Shown piece after piece: positions 23,075-35,136 of a stretch of 64,000 nt of DNA. How positions within the stretch are numbered: position 1 is the stretch's first letter; every line of letters starts with the position of its first letter. A program made the translations under genes and the position numbers. The notes beneath the pieces are model-generated. The model saw only the letters and a program-made list of their open reading frames with translations, made no database searches and was not told the origin of the DNA. Origin of the DNA: Rhynchopus sp. YZ270_cl-10 (taxonomy: Eukaryota); assembly GCA_964035575.1 (NCBI GenBank), contig OZ037839.1, positions 868,001 through 932,000 on the forward strand, given 5' to 3'.

Positions 23075-24374
23075 TATGCATACAAGTAAAACGGACGTCA
23101 CGGAAATGAAAAAAAAATGCTCGACCCACTGCCGTCGTTGCCGTGAAAAATAAAAAAAAACGGCCGTGAAAAAAAAGCGCCTTTCTTATGTACAAAAATT
23201 TCACGGCCGTTAAAAAAAAACAACGGCCGTGAAATTTTTGTACAAGTCTTTGAAGGAACACACAGTGAAGTACGAGAAAAGGCGCCACTCAAGAACCATC
23301 CCACTGATTTTTACCCCGCGGATAGGAATGTACAGACCAAACCCCACCCAGTTCCCCCCATATTCCCACAACCCACCTGATTTTTACCCTGAAGAAAAGG
23401 AGGGTAGGGCAGGAGAGGACCGGTTAAGTGATATCGCACAGAAAACTGCGCTGGTAATGGGTACTCCTTGTAGGGTCTTGTTGCCTTTTGGCACATGTAT
23501 TGTGCCCACGGTGTGTTGTGTTCACTGGTCTGAAGGTGCTGGCTCTCATCTACCGATGCATGGGGTAAGTGACACAGCATCTGACCCGCCATCTGTAATC
23601 TTCTGGTTTCAACACTGCCTTTCAGTTCTGCATACTGAATTCGCAGCGTCCCGAGCGTCTCATAACCTCTTATTAGTCTTTGCCTGAGAAGGATGTGTGT
23701 GGACTCACTCAACCCCGTTCATCACTCTTGTGCCAAAGAAACCATCGAAACAGTACAAGTTCACGGGAGCAAAATGGTGGACCCCTCCCTCTGCGCGTAT
23801 CTCGCCAACGTAGCGAAGAAGATCCAGAGGTGTGCAAAACGTGATGCGATCTATTTTCCGACAAAAAAGACGGAGGATAGTTGTTCAATGGTGTGCTGAT
23901 TCTGTCGGAAGATTTTGCACTGGAAGCTGAAGAACACCGCAAATGGTTCAACACAGATGAGGTTCGTCTCACAGTATTGATGTGTGCTCCACAACGGAAA
24001 GCCCATCAAATATGAGAAGAGTACTTTGCTCAAGAACCGGTTACAAGTGCTGAAACACGAGAAATATGCTACTCTGAAGAACCGGGAGCACGTACAAGTG
24101 CTCAGAATGCCACACGCCCCAACTACAATTACCAGTAGCTGGAGCGTTTTGGGGGGGGAAATCGCGCTAAATCGGGTGTCATCGGCCGTCATCGGGCGCC
24201 ATCGTGTCAATCCTGAGTAATCGTGCATAATCGGGAATCATCATGCTAGGGGAAATTTTTTTCTCTCGTTGGTGAAGCTTTTAAATACCGGCATTTGCAT
24301 TTTCGGAATCCGTCCGGCCAGTGGTGGGGTCAATTTGCCGAAATGGACAAGTTCTCGTTTTTGGTCAAATTCCG

Positions 24375-24832
24375 CAGTATACACAGTATACACAGTATAC
24401 ACAGTATACACAGTATACACAGTATACACAGTATACACAGTATACACAGTATACACAGTATACACAGTATACACAGTATACACAGTATACACAGTATACA
24501 CAGTATACACAGTATACACAGTATACACAGTATACACAGTATACACAGTATACACAGTATACACAGTATACACAGTATACACAGTATACACAGTATACAC
24601 AGTATACACAGTATACACAGTATACACAGTATACACAGTATACACAGTATACACAGTATACACAGTATACACAGTATACACAGTATACACAGTATACACA
24701 GTATACACAGTATACACAGTATACACAGTATACACAGTATACACAGTATACACAGTATACACAGTATACACAGTATACACAGTATACACAGTATACACAG
24801 TATACACAGTATACACAGTATACACAGTATAC
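24375..24832. repeat. (CAGTATACA)n 9-bp minisatellite, about 51 units
   Basis: Perfect tandem repeat. Confidence 0.97.
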
Positions 24833-24864
24833 GCGGTATACTCCACAGTAGGGTGAAAACGTGG

Positions 24865-25245
24865 GCGGGCAGCGTGGGAGACCAGCGCAGTGAGGAGAGC
24901 CAGGAGCGCAGCAGGGCACGCAGCCATTTCCTGTCGAAGTCATCGTGGGGACGGAACAAAGGTTGCAGCTGTTCTCCAGGCGTGAGTGGCAGATTGTTGA
25001 TACGGAGACTGTTGTTCAGAGACAACCAGTGTATGAGGATGCTCCCCATCGCTGGAGGTAGCATCAATACTGTCCTTCAGGGCAGTAGGGATAACTCCGC
25101 AGTTCGACACACAGTTAGGCCACGGCGACCTGTCAGCAGTTGTGACGGAGTGGAAACTAGGATCTGAGCGTATAGCATCGCAGGCAGGGCAGGACCACCA
25201 TAAGTGCTCATTCGTGTCGTCAGCTTCCCGATCGCAGTGGGGCCG
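24865..25245 (-). pseudogene. Degenerate LINE ORF2 fragment (zinc-finger region)
   Basis: Minus strand reads PHCDREADDTNEHLWWSCPACDAIR..WPNCVSNCG and, after a frameshift, SWLSSLRWS. This matches CVHCEAGVDENHKHLWWECEAWSSIR..WPNCLAICG..SWLGGLQWS of the intact ORF2. Confidence 0.8.
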
Positions 25246-26290
25246 ATTCTTTTTGCACTTTTTATGTTGATTTTACCTCCAAGAATGACTTGGGAGGGAT
25301 GGGAAAGGTGAGGTCTGGCCCTGTCTACGAACGAAAAAGAAGAAACAAGCAAAATCGTGGAAATATTTCACGGCCGTGATCAAGGCAAAATTTCACGGCC
25401 GTTAATTTTTTCAGATTTTCTTCACGGCCGTGACCTCCCCGAAAAAAAAAAATTTTTCCCGTCGTGACGGCCGTTATACTTGTATGGGTATGTTTAAGAA
25501 AAAAAAAAAAAACAACTTGAAAGATAAACAACGAAATAGGACAGTAGAGGTGAACTCAGCACCACAGGGAGAAGAAGATGAGGGAGAGTGTCAAGGGAGA
25601 TGTAGATTGAGGGAGAGAACGTAAATGTGTTTGTTTTTTTTTCTTTTAAATTGTGTCTTGCCTTTTTTTATTGTTGCATTGAGGAAGGGAAGGAGGGAGG
25701 AGATCACAAATTTAGAACGAAAAAAAAGAAGAGAAGATAAACTGAGCGAATTTTTAAAAAAAACAAGTAATTGCTATCAGAAAAAAACGGGGTGTGCTGT
25801 GGTTATGGGGGGACCCACACCCCTGAACACCGCCCTGTAGAAATAATCTACACTGTCTGCTCTTCTGCAGGTATGCGAAAACGCTGCCAGAACCACTGGG
25901 ACACCTGCACTTGAAACGTTCAAGAACGGGGGCTGTCATCCTCAGACCCCTCTTCGTCTCGCACCATTTGCTCGATGGATGGTCGGTGTGTTCCAGCTCG
26001 TTGTCGTCCACAGCCTCCCACTCATCGTGGCCGGAGGAGTGTGTAAGGAACACAGACGACTAACTGTCGTCGATCACACCATGCGCATCAGCACCACCCA
26101 GCAAAGCGCCAGGCTGCTATGTTGGTTTCGAAAATCACGCGGGGTTTCCCACAGCACACCTCGTTTTTTTTTCTTAGCAATTCCTTGTTTTGTTGTTGTT
26201 GTTTTCCACACACCTTCCTTCAACCCTTGTAGGATCAGTTGCTATTTTCTTCTAGAAAACTTGAAATTACACATTTCAAGAGAACAAATT

Positions 26291-26818
26291 AAAAAGGGTC
26301 CTTATTTGCATTTTTGGGATCCGCCCGTGCAGTGGTGGGGTCAATCTCGAAAATTGGATAATTTTTTGACCACTTAAATTTTGAGAAAAATGAGCCCGGT
26401 TGCTTATACGTGGGGCCCATTTTCGGCTAAAATTTTCCTCAAAATCTGGTTTTGTAAAATTGACCCTTTACTCCCCCCCCACATCGATTTCAATACTATA
26501 CCTTACTTCACCTACGGTTGCCCTTACAGGGGGGGTGAAGGAAGGTAAGTTGAAAAAGGGTCCTTATTTGCATTTTTGGGATCCGCCCGTGCAGTGGTGG
26601 GGTCAATCTCGAAAATTGGATAATTTTTTGACCACTTAAATTTTGAGAAAAATGAGCCCGGTTGCTTATACGTGGGGCCCATTTTCGGCTAAAATTTTCC
26701 TCAAAATCTGGTTTTGTAAAATTGACCCTTTACTCCCCCCCCACATCGATTTCAATACTATACCTTACTTCACCTACGGTTGCCCTTACAGGGGGGGTGA
26801 AGGAAGGTAAGTTGAAAA
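26291..26818. repeat. Perfect 262-bp tandem duplication
   Basis: Identical blocks offset by 262 bp; contains the GGATCCG..GTGGTGGGGTCAAT motif also seen near 24305, 27620 and (reversed) 10295. Confidence 0.9.
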
Positions 26819-27213
26819 GTTACTTGCGTCTCTTTGTTGATGTTCGTTTGTTGCGTTGAAGCATCTACAATGGTTATTTATTCACAACACAATATATCCA
26901 TATTCCACTCTCGAATCGGTTCGTGCACCGATTTTCGAGTGAAATGAGTTACACCATGATTTGCTAATAAAATAGCCCTGTTTTTCACAACAGTTTGGGA
27001 CGCTCAGAAAGCCTCCCTATCTTTCACTGGAGCGCAGAATTTTATTTTATTTTGAAAAAAATTCGAGAATGAGAGGGGGTCATTTAAAACAACTTTATTT
27101 TTACCGTTGTATGAATTACACTGACGGAACTTACACGGGGGGAGAAGGGAAGGGTAGGGAGAAAGAAAGAGAAAAAAAAGAAAAAGAAAATTTTCAAAAA
27201 AAAAATAACTATT

Positions 27214-27362
27214 TATTGCGTGATGTAAAGTGCACTTTATATCACGAGGGAGCTATGGTTCCGAGTTGTAGGTTTTAGTACACGAGCGCAGCGAGTGTAC
27301 TAATATGCAACTCGGAACCATAGCTCCCGAGTTATATGAAGTGCGCTTTACAGAATGCAATA
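27214..27362. mobile_element. About 150-bp fold-back MITE
   Basis: TGTAAAGTGCACTT..GGGAGCTATGGTTCCGAGTTG..TAGTACAC / GTGTACTA..CAACTCGGAACCATAGCTCCC..AAGTGCGCTTTACA. Confidence 0.8.
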
Positions 27363-27370
27363 CGATATTT

Positions 27371-28896
27371 TATCTCACGGGGATATAAACGAGCGCTTGA
27401 TTTTGCGATTTTTGCTGTAAAAAGGTGACGTAAAGTAAAGGGGGGGTCCAAATAACTATATTATTCGGTAACTTTGAAAAGCCAAAATCGCGGCAAAAAA
27501 AAAAAGTTATTTTGGAACCTAAGTTATTTGGGGGTAAACTTATTTGGGCACTGAAAACAGGGTTTTTTCTCGTTGCCAACTTGGTGAAGCTTTTAGACAC
27601 CGGTATTTGCTTTTTTGGAATCCGTCCGGCCAGTGGTGGGGTCAATTTGCCAAAATGGACAAGTTCTCGTTTTTGATCAATTTCCTCATAGTACACAGTA
27701 GCAGGACAGCACCAGAGGTCGGGGTTGGGGGTCCAAAAGTCGGGAGTCGGCGGGAGGGTCAACTCTTATTTTCTGTTTTCCTGTTTTGTAGTTTGGTAAA
27801 GACCCCAGAAGACCCGACCGCCCGAATGATGATGCTGCTTTAAATCTGTTTCTCCCCAGACTTCCTTCTCCAGCGTGGCTGCCGCCTAGATGATTATATC
27901 TGTGGTGTAAAAAACTAGCTTTTTACACCGTACCATAAAATTTTTTCGCCTGCGGCGCCATTTTATATAGTACACTATCAGTTTGGGGAAAATTTTTGAA
28001 AAATAAAAAAGGAGGTGAGAGGGGGCGAAGTTATTCGGTAACTTTTTCGGCACCCAAAATCTGAGAAAAAAAAAAGTTATTTGGGGAAATAGCTATTATT
28101 TGGGGGTAAACTTATTTGGGCCCCCCCTTTAGGCTTCGTCACGTATTTTTGGCTTGGGATAGGTGGGAGAGTGACATAAACCTTATTCATATGGGATACC
28201 TGTTGGTGATGTGGGTGTAGGGAGAAGGAGAGGGTGTGTTGGTGATGCAAGACAAACACCTCATGTTTGATGCTGACAATCCCACTTTGAAGGCTACCTA
28301 TTCTCCCACTTGCCGAAGTGGGAGCCCTGCGACAGACTCTGTGGTAGATATCGAGCAATTTCTTGCAGAAATTGCTCGATGTCTGCCACAGAGAACACCA
28401 AGGCTTGCTTCGGGGCTTCATTCTTGGCCCATGCCTTGATCATGGTCAAGGTAGTAGAGCACGAAGCGTTCCTCACGCAGGCTGCCCGGCCTCTTCGTAT
28501 TGCACCAGTCCATGAACTGATCCCATCGTTTGGCGTAGGCAGCTTTGGAGCGCACATTTGGCACGCTTTGGCCAGCACATGTTTCAGCCTCGTACGCCTC
28601 CATCATACGATCGGACTTGGTCTTGGGATTTTTTTTGTGTTTTTTTTTTTTTTTTTTTTTGAAACGTAGTTGTATTAGTGTAGCCACCCTGGAGTGTGCT
28701 CCACTATATTTTTTGTCGATTTTTTGTAGTGTAGATACCTGCGTGATGGTAAAGTACTTTATGCCATGGCATAAAGTTTTATGTCACGATCCCACCTATC
28801 CCAAGCCAAAAATACGTGACGTAACTACTTTACGTCACGCTTTTTTACAGCTAAAATCGCAAAAATCAAGGGCGAGTTTTTATCACTAGTGAGATA
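27371..28896. mobile_element. 1.5-kb element with about 65-bp imperfect TIRs and mixed cargo
   Basis: TATCTCAC..CTTGATTTTGCGATTTT..CTGTAAAAAGGTGACGTAAAGTA versus TACTTTACGTCACGCTTTTTTACAG..AAAATCGCAAAAATCAAG..GTGAGATA. Confidence 0.7.
28300..28605 (-). pseudogene. Possible tyrosine-recombinase (Crypton/DIRS) N-terminal fragment
   Basis: RSKAAYAKRWDQFMDWC..EERFVLYYL resembles the SAM-like core-binding helix pattern; truncated by a stop. Confidence 0.4.
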
Positions 28897-30857
28897 AAAA
28901 AAATGAATGTGCCTATCGTGCACACACAGCATACAAAACATCCCCTCTCCCATACCGCTGTAATGATAAGACAGCACACAGTCCCCCTCATCCAATGGGA
29001 GGACAGGAGCGTTAATGTACACGACACTGAAGTTAAATGGAAAAGAAGAAAAAAAAAAAAATGCCTGCATGCGACGATACATAGAAAAGAAAAAGAAAAA
29101 ATGAAATGGTAGCTATCGATACAGGCATTCCTCCGGCTGACCCACTGTACGATCCCAGCCATCCAGATGAAAGCACCCAAAGAAAGAAAAGGGAACTTGA
29201 AAGGTGCAAAACGCGGAAAGAGAAAAAAAAGCCCACCTCGCACCAGGTCGTGGGCTGGACCGAAGTCTGCATCCATTTCAATGCACACCATTCAGGCAAT
29301 TCACCCTGTAAGAACACTAGGTACCTTTCACAAAGCTCAAATACTCCATCGGTGCATGACACATTGCATAGACAAAGATGTTTACTTTAAAAAAAAAACA
29401 ACACATCCTCGCAAATCTCAAAAATTCTTCTTTTTTACATTTTGAAAAATTTATTTCATACTTTCTATTCAACTGAATAGAAGGTCATAAAAAACGTCGT
29501 GAAAAAAATGTAGAAAAAAATGATGTTTTTGGGTGACGGGGTGCGGATTCGTGACCCAAAACACAATGCTGTGGCAAAAGTGAAAAAAAAAATATAATTC
29601 TTTGATTTGAAATGAAATATCTTATGAAGAGTTTGTTCTATCCATGATCCACCTTATTTTTACCCCGCGTACAGGCGCGTAAAGGCGTGTATAGGTATAG
29701 GCGCGTAGAGGCGCGTAAAGGCCCGTACAGGCCAAACCCCACCCATTTTTCCCAGCCTTTACGCGCCTTTAAGCGCCTATACGCGGGGTAGAAATCAGGT
29801 GGAATGATGACAAAACAAACAAAAACATCGAAACGATTGAATGTACTTCTGCACATATGTAAGACATGAAAAATGGGGGTAAGTCGGGACACCTTCTCTA
29901 TGACGTGGAATAGAAGTAGACGCGGCACATGTCTGGCACTAATAAATACCGTTTCCATGTGGGGTCCTACTATTTGATTTTTTTCTTTCTTTGAAAACTT
30001 GGTTGTATTAGTGTAGCCACCCGAGGATGAACTCCACTATTTTTTGTTTTGAAACATATAGTTGCAGTACTGTACACACCTCACCCCCCCCAAGGACACA
30101 TTCAAATAAAGAAAAAAAATGTTGATTATAAACTACTATCACTAGATAGCAGCCACAATTTTTTCTTCACAGGATCCTTAAAAGAGAGCAAATGGGGTAC
30201 GCCTTGCAGAGAAGAAGAAAAAACGTTTGGCAAGAGACTGCACACCACAGCTCTCCTGCCTCGCTGTGTTAAGTTCATTGTCATAAAAAGGAACGCCGCG
30301 AAAGGCTGGGGTGGGGATGCGGGGGCGGAGAAGTGCTCTCTCGTGTGGGAGGAGGTTTCGCAACCGGGCCCCATGCAAACGTAAAAAAAAAAAGAAGGGA
30401 AAAAAAAAGTGTTGTTTGTGCGTAAAGCGTGTAATAAATATTCTGTGGTGATATTTTTATTACTGCAATACGCTCCCACTGACTACCTGGCAGTGAAGAG
30501 GAAACTTCTTTGAGGCCAAAAAAAAAAAAAAAATGTTGACTTGAAATACAAAGCCCTCTCGTGTTCGAAACGTGACGCCGGATTATACTGGTGCAAATGG
30601 GTGGGCACAAAAGGAAGGAAAGTACCTTTGGCATTTTTCAGTGAGGAGTAGAACTGGACAGATGCCTAACGCCATCTGCTAGGTTCTTCAAACGGCTTGT
30701 GAAAAAAAAAAGGGGTGTGTGGGTGGTATGATGCAAAAAGAAGTAATGACAGAACGCAATTTTGGCAAATCGTATCCTTTTGTTTTATTTTGAATTATTT
30801 TGAAAGGTTATGACGTCACAGGAATGCGCGCCAGACCATCCAACCTGAAGGGAAAGA

Positions 30858-31082
30858 GGAAAGGGAAAGGGAAAGGGAAAGGGGAAGGGGAAGGGGAAGG
30901 GGAAGGGGAAGGGGAAGGGGAAGGGGAAGGGGAAGGGGAAGGGGAAGGGGAAGGGGAAGGGGAAGGGGAAGGGGAAGGGGAAGGGGAAGGGGAAGGGGAA
31001 GGGGAAGGGGAAGGGGAAGGGGAAGGGGAAGGGGAAGGGGAAGGGGAAGGGGAAGGGGAAGGGGAAGGGGAAGGGGAAGGGG
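30858..31082. repeat. (GGGGAA)n hexamer repeat preceded by (GGGAAA)n
   Basis: About 33 perfect GGGGAA units. Confidence 0.96.
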
Positions 31083-32493
31083 AGAGGGGGAAAAAAAAAC
31101 AAAAAAAAACAAAAAAAAAGTGAAAATGACAGTGGGGGGTCAAAAGGGGGTGAACAAACGGTATTTTTTTTAGTTTGGAAAAAAAAAAAGAAGAAAAACG
31201 CATTTTTTAAGGCACGTTCACCGGAAAATCCGACCCACCCATACCCGGTCAAAAACGTGTCCTGACCCGTTTTTGACCCTCTAGATGCCCTGTGGGGCTG
31301 GAAATGGGGTTTTCAGAGAAATTGCCACACTTTGGTTACAAAGTTGTAACAGAATGTTTTGTGACTCATCAAATAATTGCGTGTCAATGAAAAACTACTA
31401 ATTCTTGCTAAACTTATCCCGTTGCGGGTCGGTTCACGAATCCCACTCGCTGGGTGGGAATAATACACACTGACCCACAACTCACTGCGGTAAATTGTGG
31501 GGACATAATTTAACGGTAATTATAAGCTTTTTTTTTTTTTTTTTTTGTGTTAGTGTCGGACACATATCTTGCCATTCACTACATTTGTTCTTTATTTTTC
31601 AAAAAAAAATGTTAAACATGCTTCCATGATGGGAAGTTTCCTTTTTTGTTATTGTTTTCTTATTTGTAGGGTTACGGCCTGTCTTTACGTAGTTTTTTTT
31701 TTTTCGTTGCATCAACAATCACCGAACAATCCCACCAGGTACGAGAATTCGGGTTTGTACTCAATATTGGCCGAAGCCTTTTTTTTGTACTACGGAAGGT
31801 ATAGACATCGCGAAATGGAAAATGTGGGGGGGGGAGAGGGGTTGAACTGTTGAACGCTTTCCCACCCCCAGAGCGTATGTTTATGTTGGTGTTGTACACC
31901 TGCTGGTATAAAGATCTGTACTCAGTGTCGGCAAAAGCTTTTTGTACTACGGAAGGTACAAACGTCGCTCGTCCTCTCAACCCTTTTTCTTTTCGTTTCT
32001 AAAAAATTGTTGGAGTAGTGTAGTTGCCTCGGTTGTGTTGCCACAGTTGTGCAATCTCCACTGTTTCTTTCTCTCTTTATTTGTACTCCACAAAGGATCA
32101 AAACTGACAGGTCAATCGACACTTTTTGTGGAATACCATTTACGGGGGATGGGGGGAACGGACACATATCACATCCTGTAACAAAAAAAAAGGGGGGTTT
32201 TTGTAAGATGATAAGCCTCGGGAGTGCTTAGTCACCAAAAAATAATTCGGTAATAAAATAAAAGCAAGCCAGGGCAGGGAAGAGAAGGGAAGAGGTAAAG
32301 ACAGGGAAAAGGGGAGACACTCTTTTTTTCTTAGATGAGGACCACAACACACCAGATGGTTTGGATACAAAAAAAAAAAAAAAAGAAGGAGCAGAGAAGT
32401 TCAGTTTTTAAAACTTTTTTACTTTTTTTTTACTATGAAAAAAAGTATATAACACGGTTACTTCATGACTGTGATTTTTTTTCTTCACGTTTA

Positions 32494-33531
32494 CATACAT
32501 TGAAATCCCCGGGAGTCGCGGAGACTCTCCACTGGTGTTTTCGAGAGTTTTAGCGATTAAAAAAAAAGAAAAAAAACTCTCGAAAACTCTCCAATTTAAA
32601 AAAAAACTCTCCAAAACTCTCCAATACTCCCCGATTTAAAAAAAATACTCTCGAAAACTCTCCAATTTATAAAATAAAAATTTGCAATTAATCGCGAATT
32701 TATGAAAAAATCTCGAAAACTGGGCCATCTATGAACGGGGAGAGATTTTTTCACAAGCTCTCACTACGTTCCGAGGGGGTTTTTGTACTTTAGTGATGTG
32801 GCTGGCAACATGTATTCTATGGTGGTCAAAAGTGCAATGTTCCTTCTCCAATGGATTTATTGGGTGTACTGCTATACTGGGACAATATGGTCAGATCACT
32901 CTTCAAACCACCTGGAAAAGTGCACGGCATCTAAAAATTTCCGCCTGCGGCGGGAAGCCCTCGACCCGTTTTCACCCTTTTCTTGTTCCTTATCCCCATA
33001 TTTAAAATAGCCCTGCTTACATGTGGTGGTATGCTTCCCTGCTGGTATGGTGTACCATTTTTCGCCCAGAGTAATTTAAGCGTAATTATATCTTAAACAG
33101 GTGTGGATAATTCCCAAGCGCATTTGTCGCATTTGTGATCGACCTGTGGGCTCGTTTGCTCATGTCCGCCACCACTGTGCCGCCTAAAGCCGCGAGGCTT
33201 ATCACCCCTCTGTCGTGGTGGGTGCATTTTGCGAATCAATCGGTAGGTGTAATGTGAGTACGTAGACTGAACGTGTGCCCAGGTAGGCACAGGTCAGATG
33301 CGGATGGCACCAGGTGTGCACGGTTGTGTTTGGGGTAAAATGCTACAAAAAATCGCGATTTTACTCCCGGGGATTAATCGCGAATTTTGTCGCGATTAAT
33401 CGCGAAAACTCTCCGTAAAAAAAAAAAAAACACTCTCGAAAACTCTCGAAACCAAAAAAACACTCACGGGGAGTTCGTTTTTTTTGATTTTTTGCCAAAC
33501 TCCCCGTGACTCCCCGGGATTTCAATGTATG
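32494..33531. mobile_element. TIR element, about 1 kb
   Basis: CATACATTGAAATCCCCGGGAGTCGCGGG ... CCCGTGACTCCCCGGGATTTCAATGTATG; internal AAAACTCTC repeats. Confidence 0.8.
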
Positions 33532-33707
33532 CGTTTAGGCAGAAATGAAGTGTAAAAAAAAATTGGAAATAAATGGGCATTTTCGCACTCGTTTTGCTTG
33601 GCAAAACTCGTGTGAACAACGCCCATTTTCTTTATCTTTTTGAGGAGAAAAAATATAAATGGGGGTCAGTGGTTAGCACTGTCCTCCCATACACATATTT
33701 TTAGAAA

Positions 33708-33852
33708 AAAGTGTCACTTTGTCGTTCCCTCACCCCCCCTTCTTGTAGTTGTTTTTGACGCGTTGACGCTTCCACAGACACTATCTCTCACCTGTTGGGT
33801 GGTGTTGCGAAGCACGGTTGGAGTGAGTGAACGACGTGACAACTTTCCGCAC
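33708..33852. repeat. About 140-bp dispersed fold-back repeat, copy 2
   Basis: Near-identical to 19607-19748. Confidence 0.8.
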
Positions 33853-35136
33853 AATAAAAGAAAAAAAAATAAATTTTTTCACAAAGCAAGATAAAACCCT
33901 GGGAGTTTAGCGTTGCACTCCGTCCTTCATCTTCGCAAATGATGCGCATCACAGCAAAGGAAAGCTGGGCCCAAGAGGGCATACACCCCACCACGGAAGA
34001 CAGCCTTGCGGAAACAGGCTTTTCTTTTGTTTTTCTTTTTTTCTTTTGTTTTTCAGAGAGTCATCCGAGAATGAATACTCTTCTCCTTTATTGAAAACTT
34101 ACTGACAAAAAAAAAAAAAACTACCGTGTAGTCAGCGTCACACCTCGGTAGGTTACAGTAAAAAAAAGGGGGGGAAAAGAGAGAAAAAAAAGGCCCTCAT
34201 GTTTGGTCATCTAACTAATGACTAAAAGGTACAAAAAATGGGAAAAGAGAAGGAAACTTGGAGTACAACGACATGCTGCCCAGGGAAAGAAGAGAAAGTG
34301 AGGTGTCATCAATGGGGGGGGGTTTTAAAAAATGTAGTGGAAATTGAGATGACACGTCGACATTGTGTGTCGAGCAGCTACTGCAGCGTGGCGTTTTTTT
34401 TTGTTGTTGTTGTTATTTTTTTTGAAACAAAAAAAAAAAAAATTATAATCCCCCTTTCCATACGAAGGGTTGAGTTTTCGTTCGTGTTTTTTTATTTCTG
34501 TTTTTTAAAAAAATGTTGCTTTTTTTGGTACCTTTTTTTGTTGACAATTTGCATGTAGATACCTAAGTAGAAGCTCCGTTGTACAAAGCACGTGGCGACA
34601 AACGCCGAAGTTCCACTCCTTGGCAACTAGGGTCTGTACTCAAAGTTGAAAGGTGCTAAAAAAAAACGCATCTCAGTAGCTCACGCAAAGAAAATAAAAT
34701 AAAAGAAAGTTTGTACGATGAGTAAGATGTGTCTCGTCGGTCGTGCATCGTGCACACACACACTCTCTCTAAAAAAAAACAGTTTCGACCTATACCCTTG
34801 AAGGATAAGGGACCCAAAACTTTGTTGTAAATGAATTTTTTTCGCCCCCTTTCTTTTTGACACGGATATGTGGCTTTCCTCGTGGAGCTACTGCAGCAAT
34901 AAAGAAAGCGAGGAAAAAGACCCCAAAAAATAAAACAATGGGGCTGATTAGGGAGGGATTTTTTTTTTTTTAAATTTGGGAAGGAAAAAGATGATTTTTT
35001 TATTTTATTTCTGGTGTTAGGTTTGTTAATTTTAGTTTATTCATTTTATCGTCCTTTTTGTTTTTGTTTTTGTTTTTTTTTTTTTGCACAGGTTTTATTT
35101 ATAAAAAAAACCGACCGCTTTTTTTGGTCCTTTCTC

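Noticed and set aside
23693..24220. Plus-strand gene fragments
   Set aside because: Short, stop-interrupted and with no recognisable motif; possibly a decayed element.
24241..25167. Six-frame ORFs (VYT)n, (SIH)n and similar
   Set aside because: Translation of a 9-bp minisatellite.
30785..31252. (PF)n, (GE)n ORFs or a telomere
   Set aside because: Simple GGGGAA repeat, internal and not TTAGGG.
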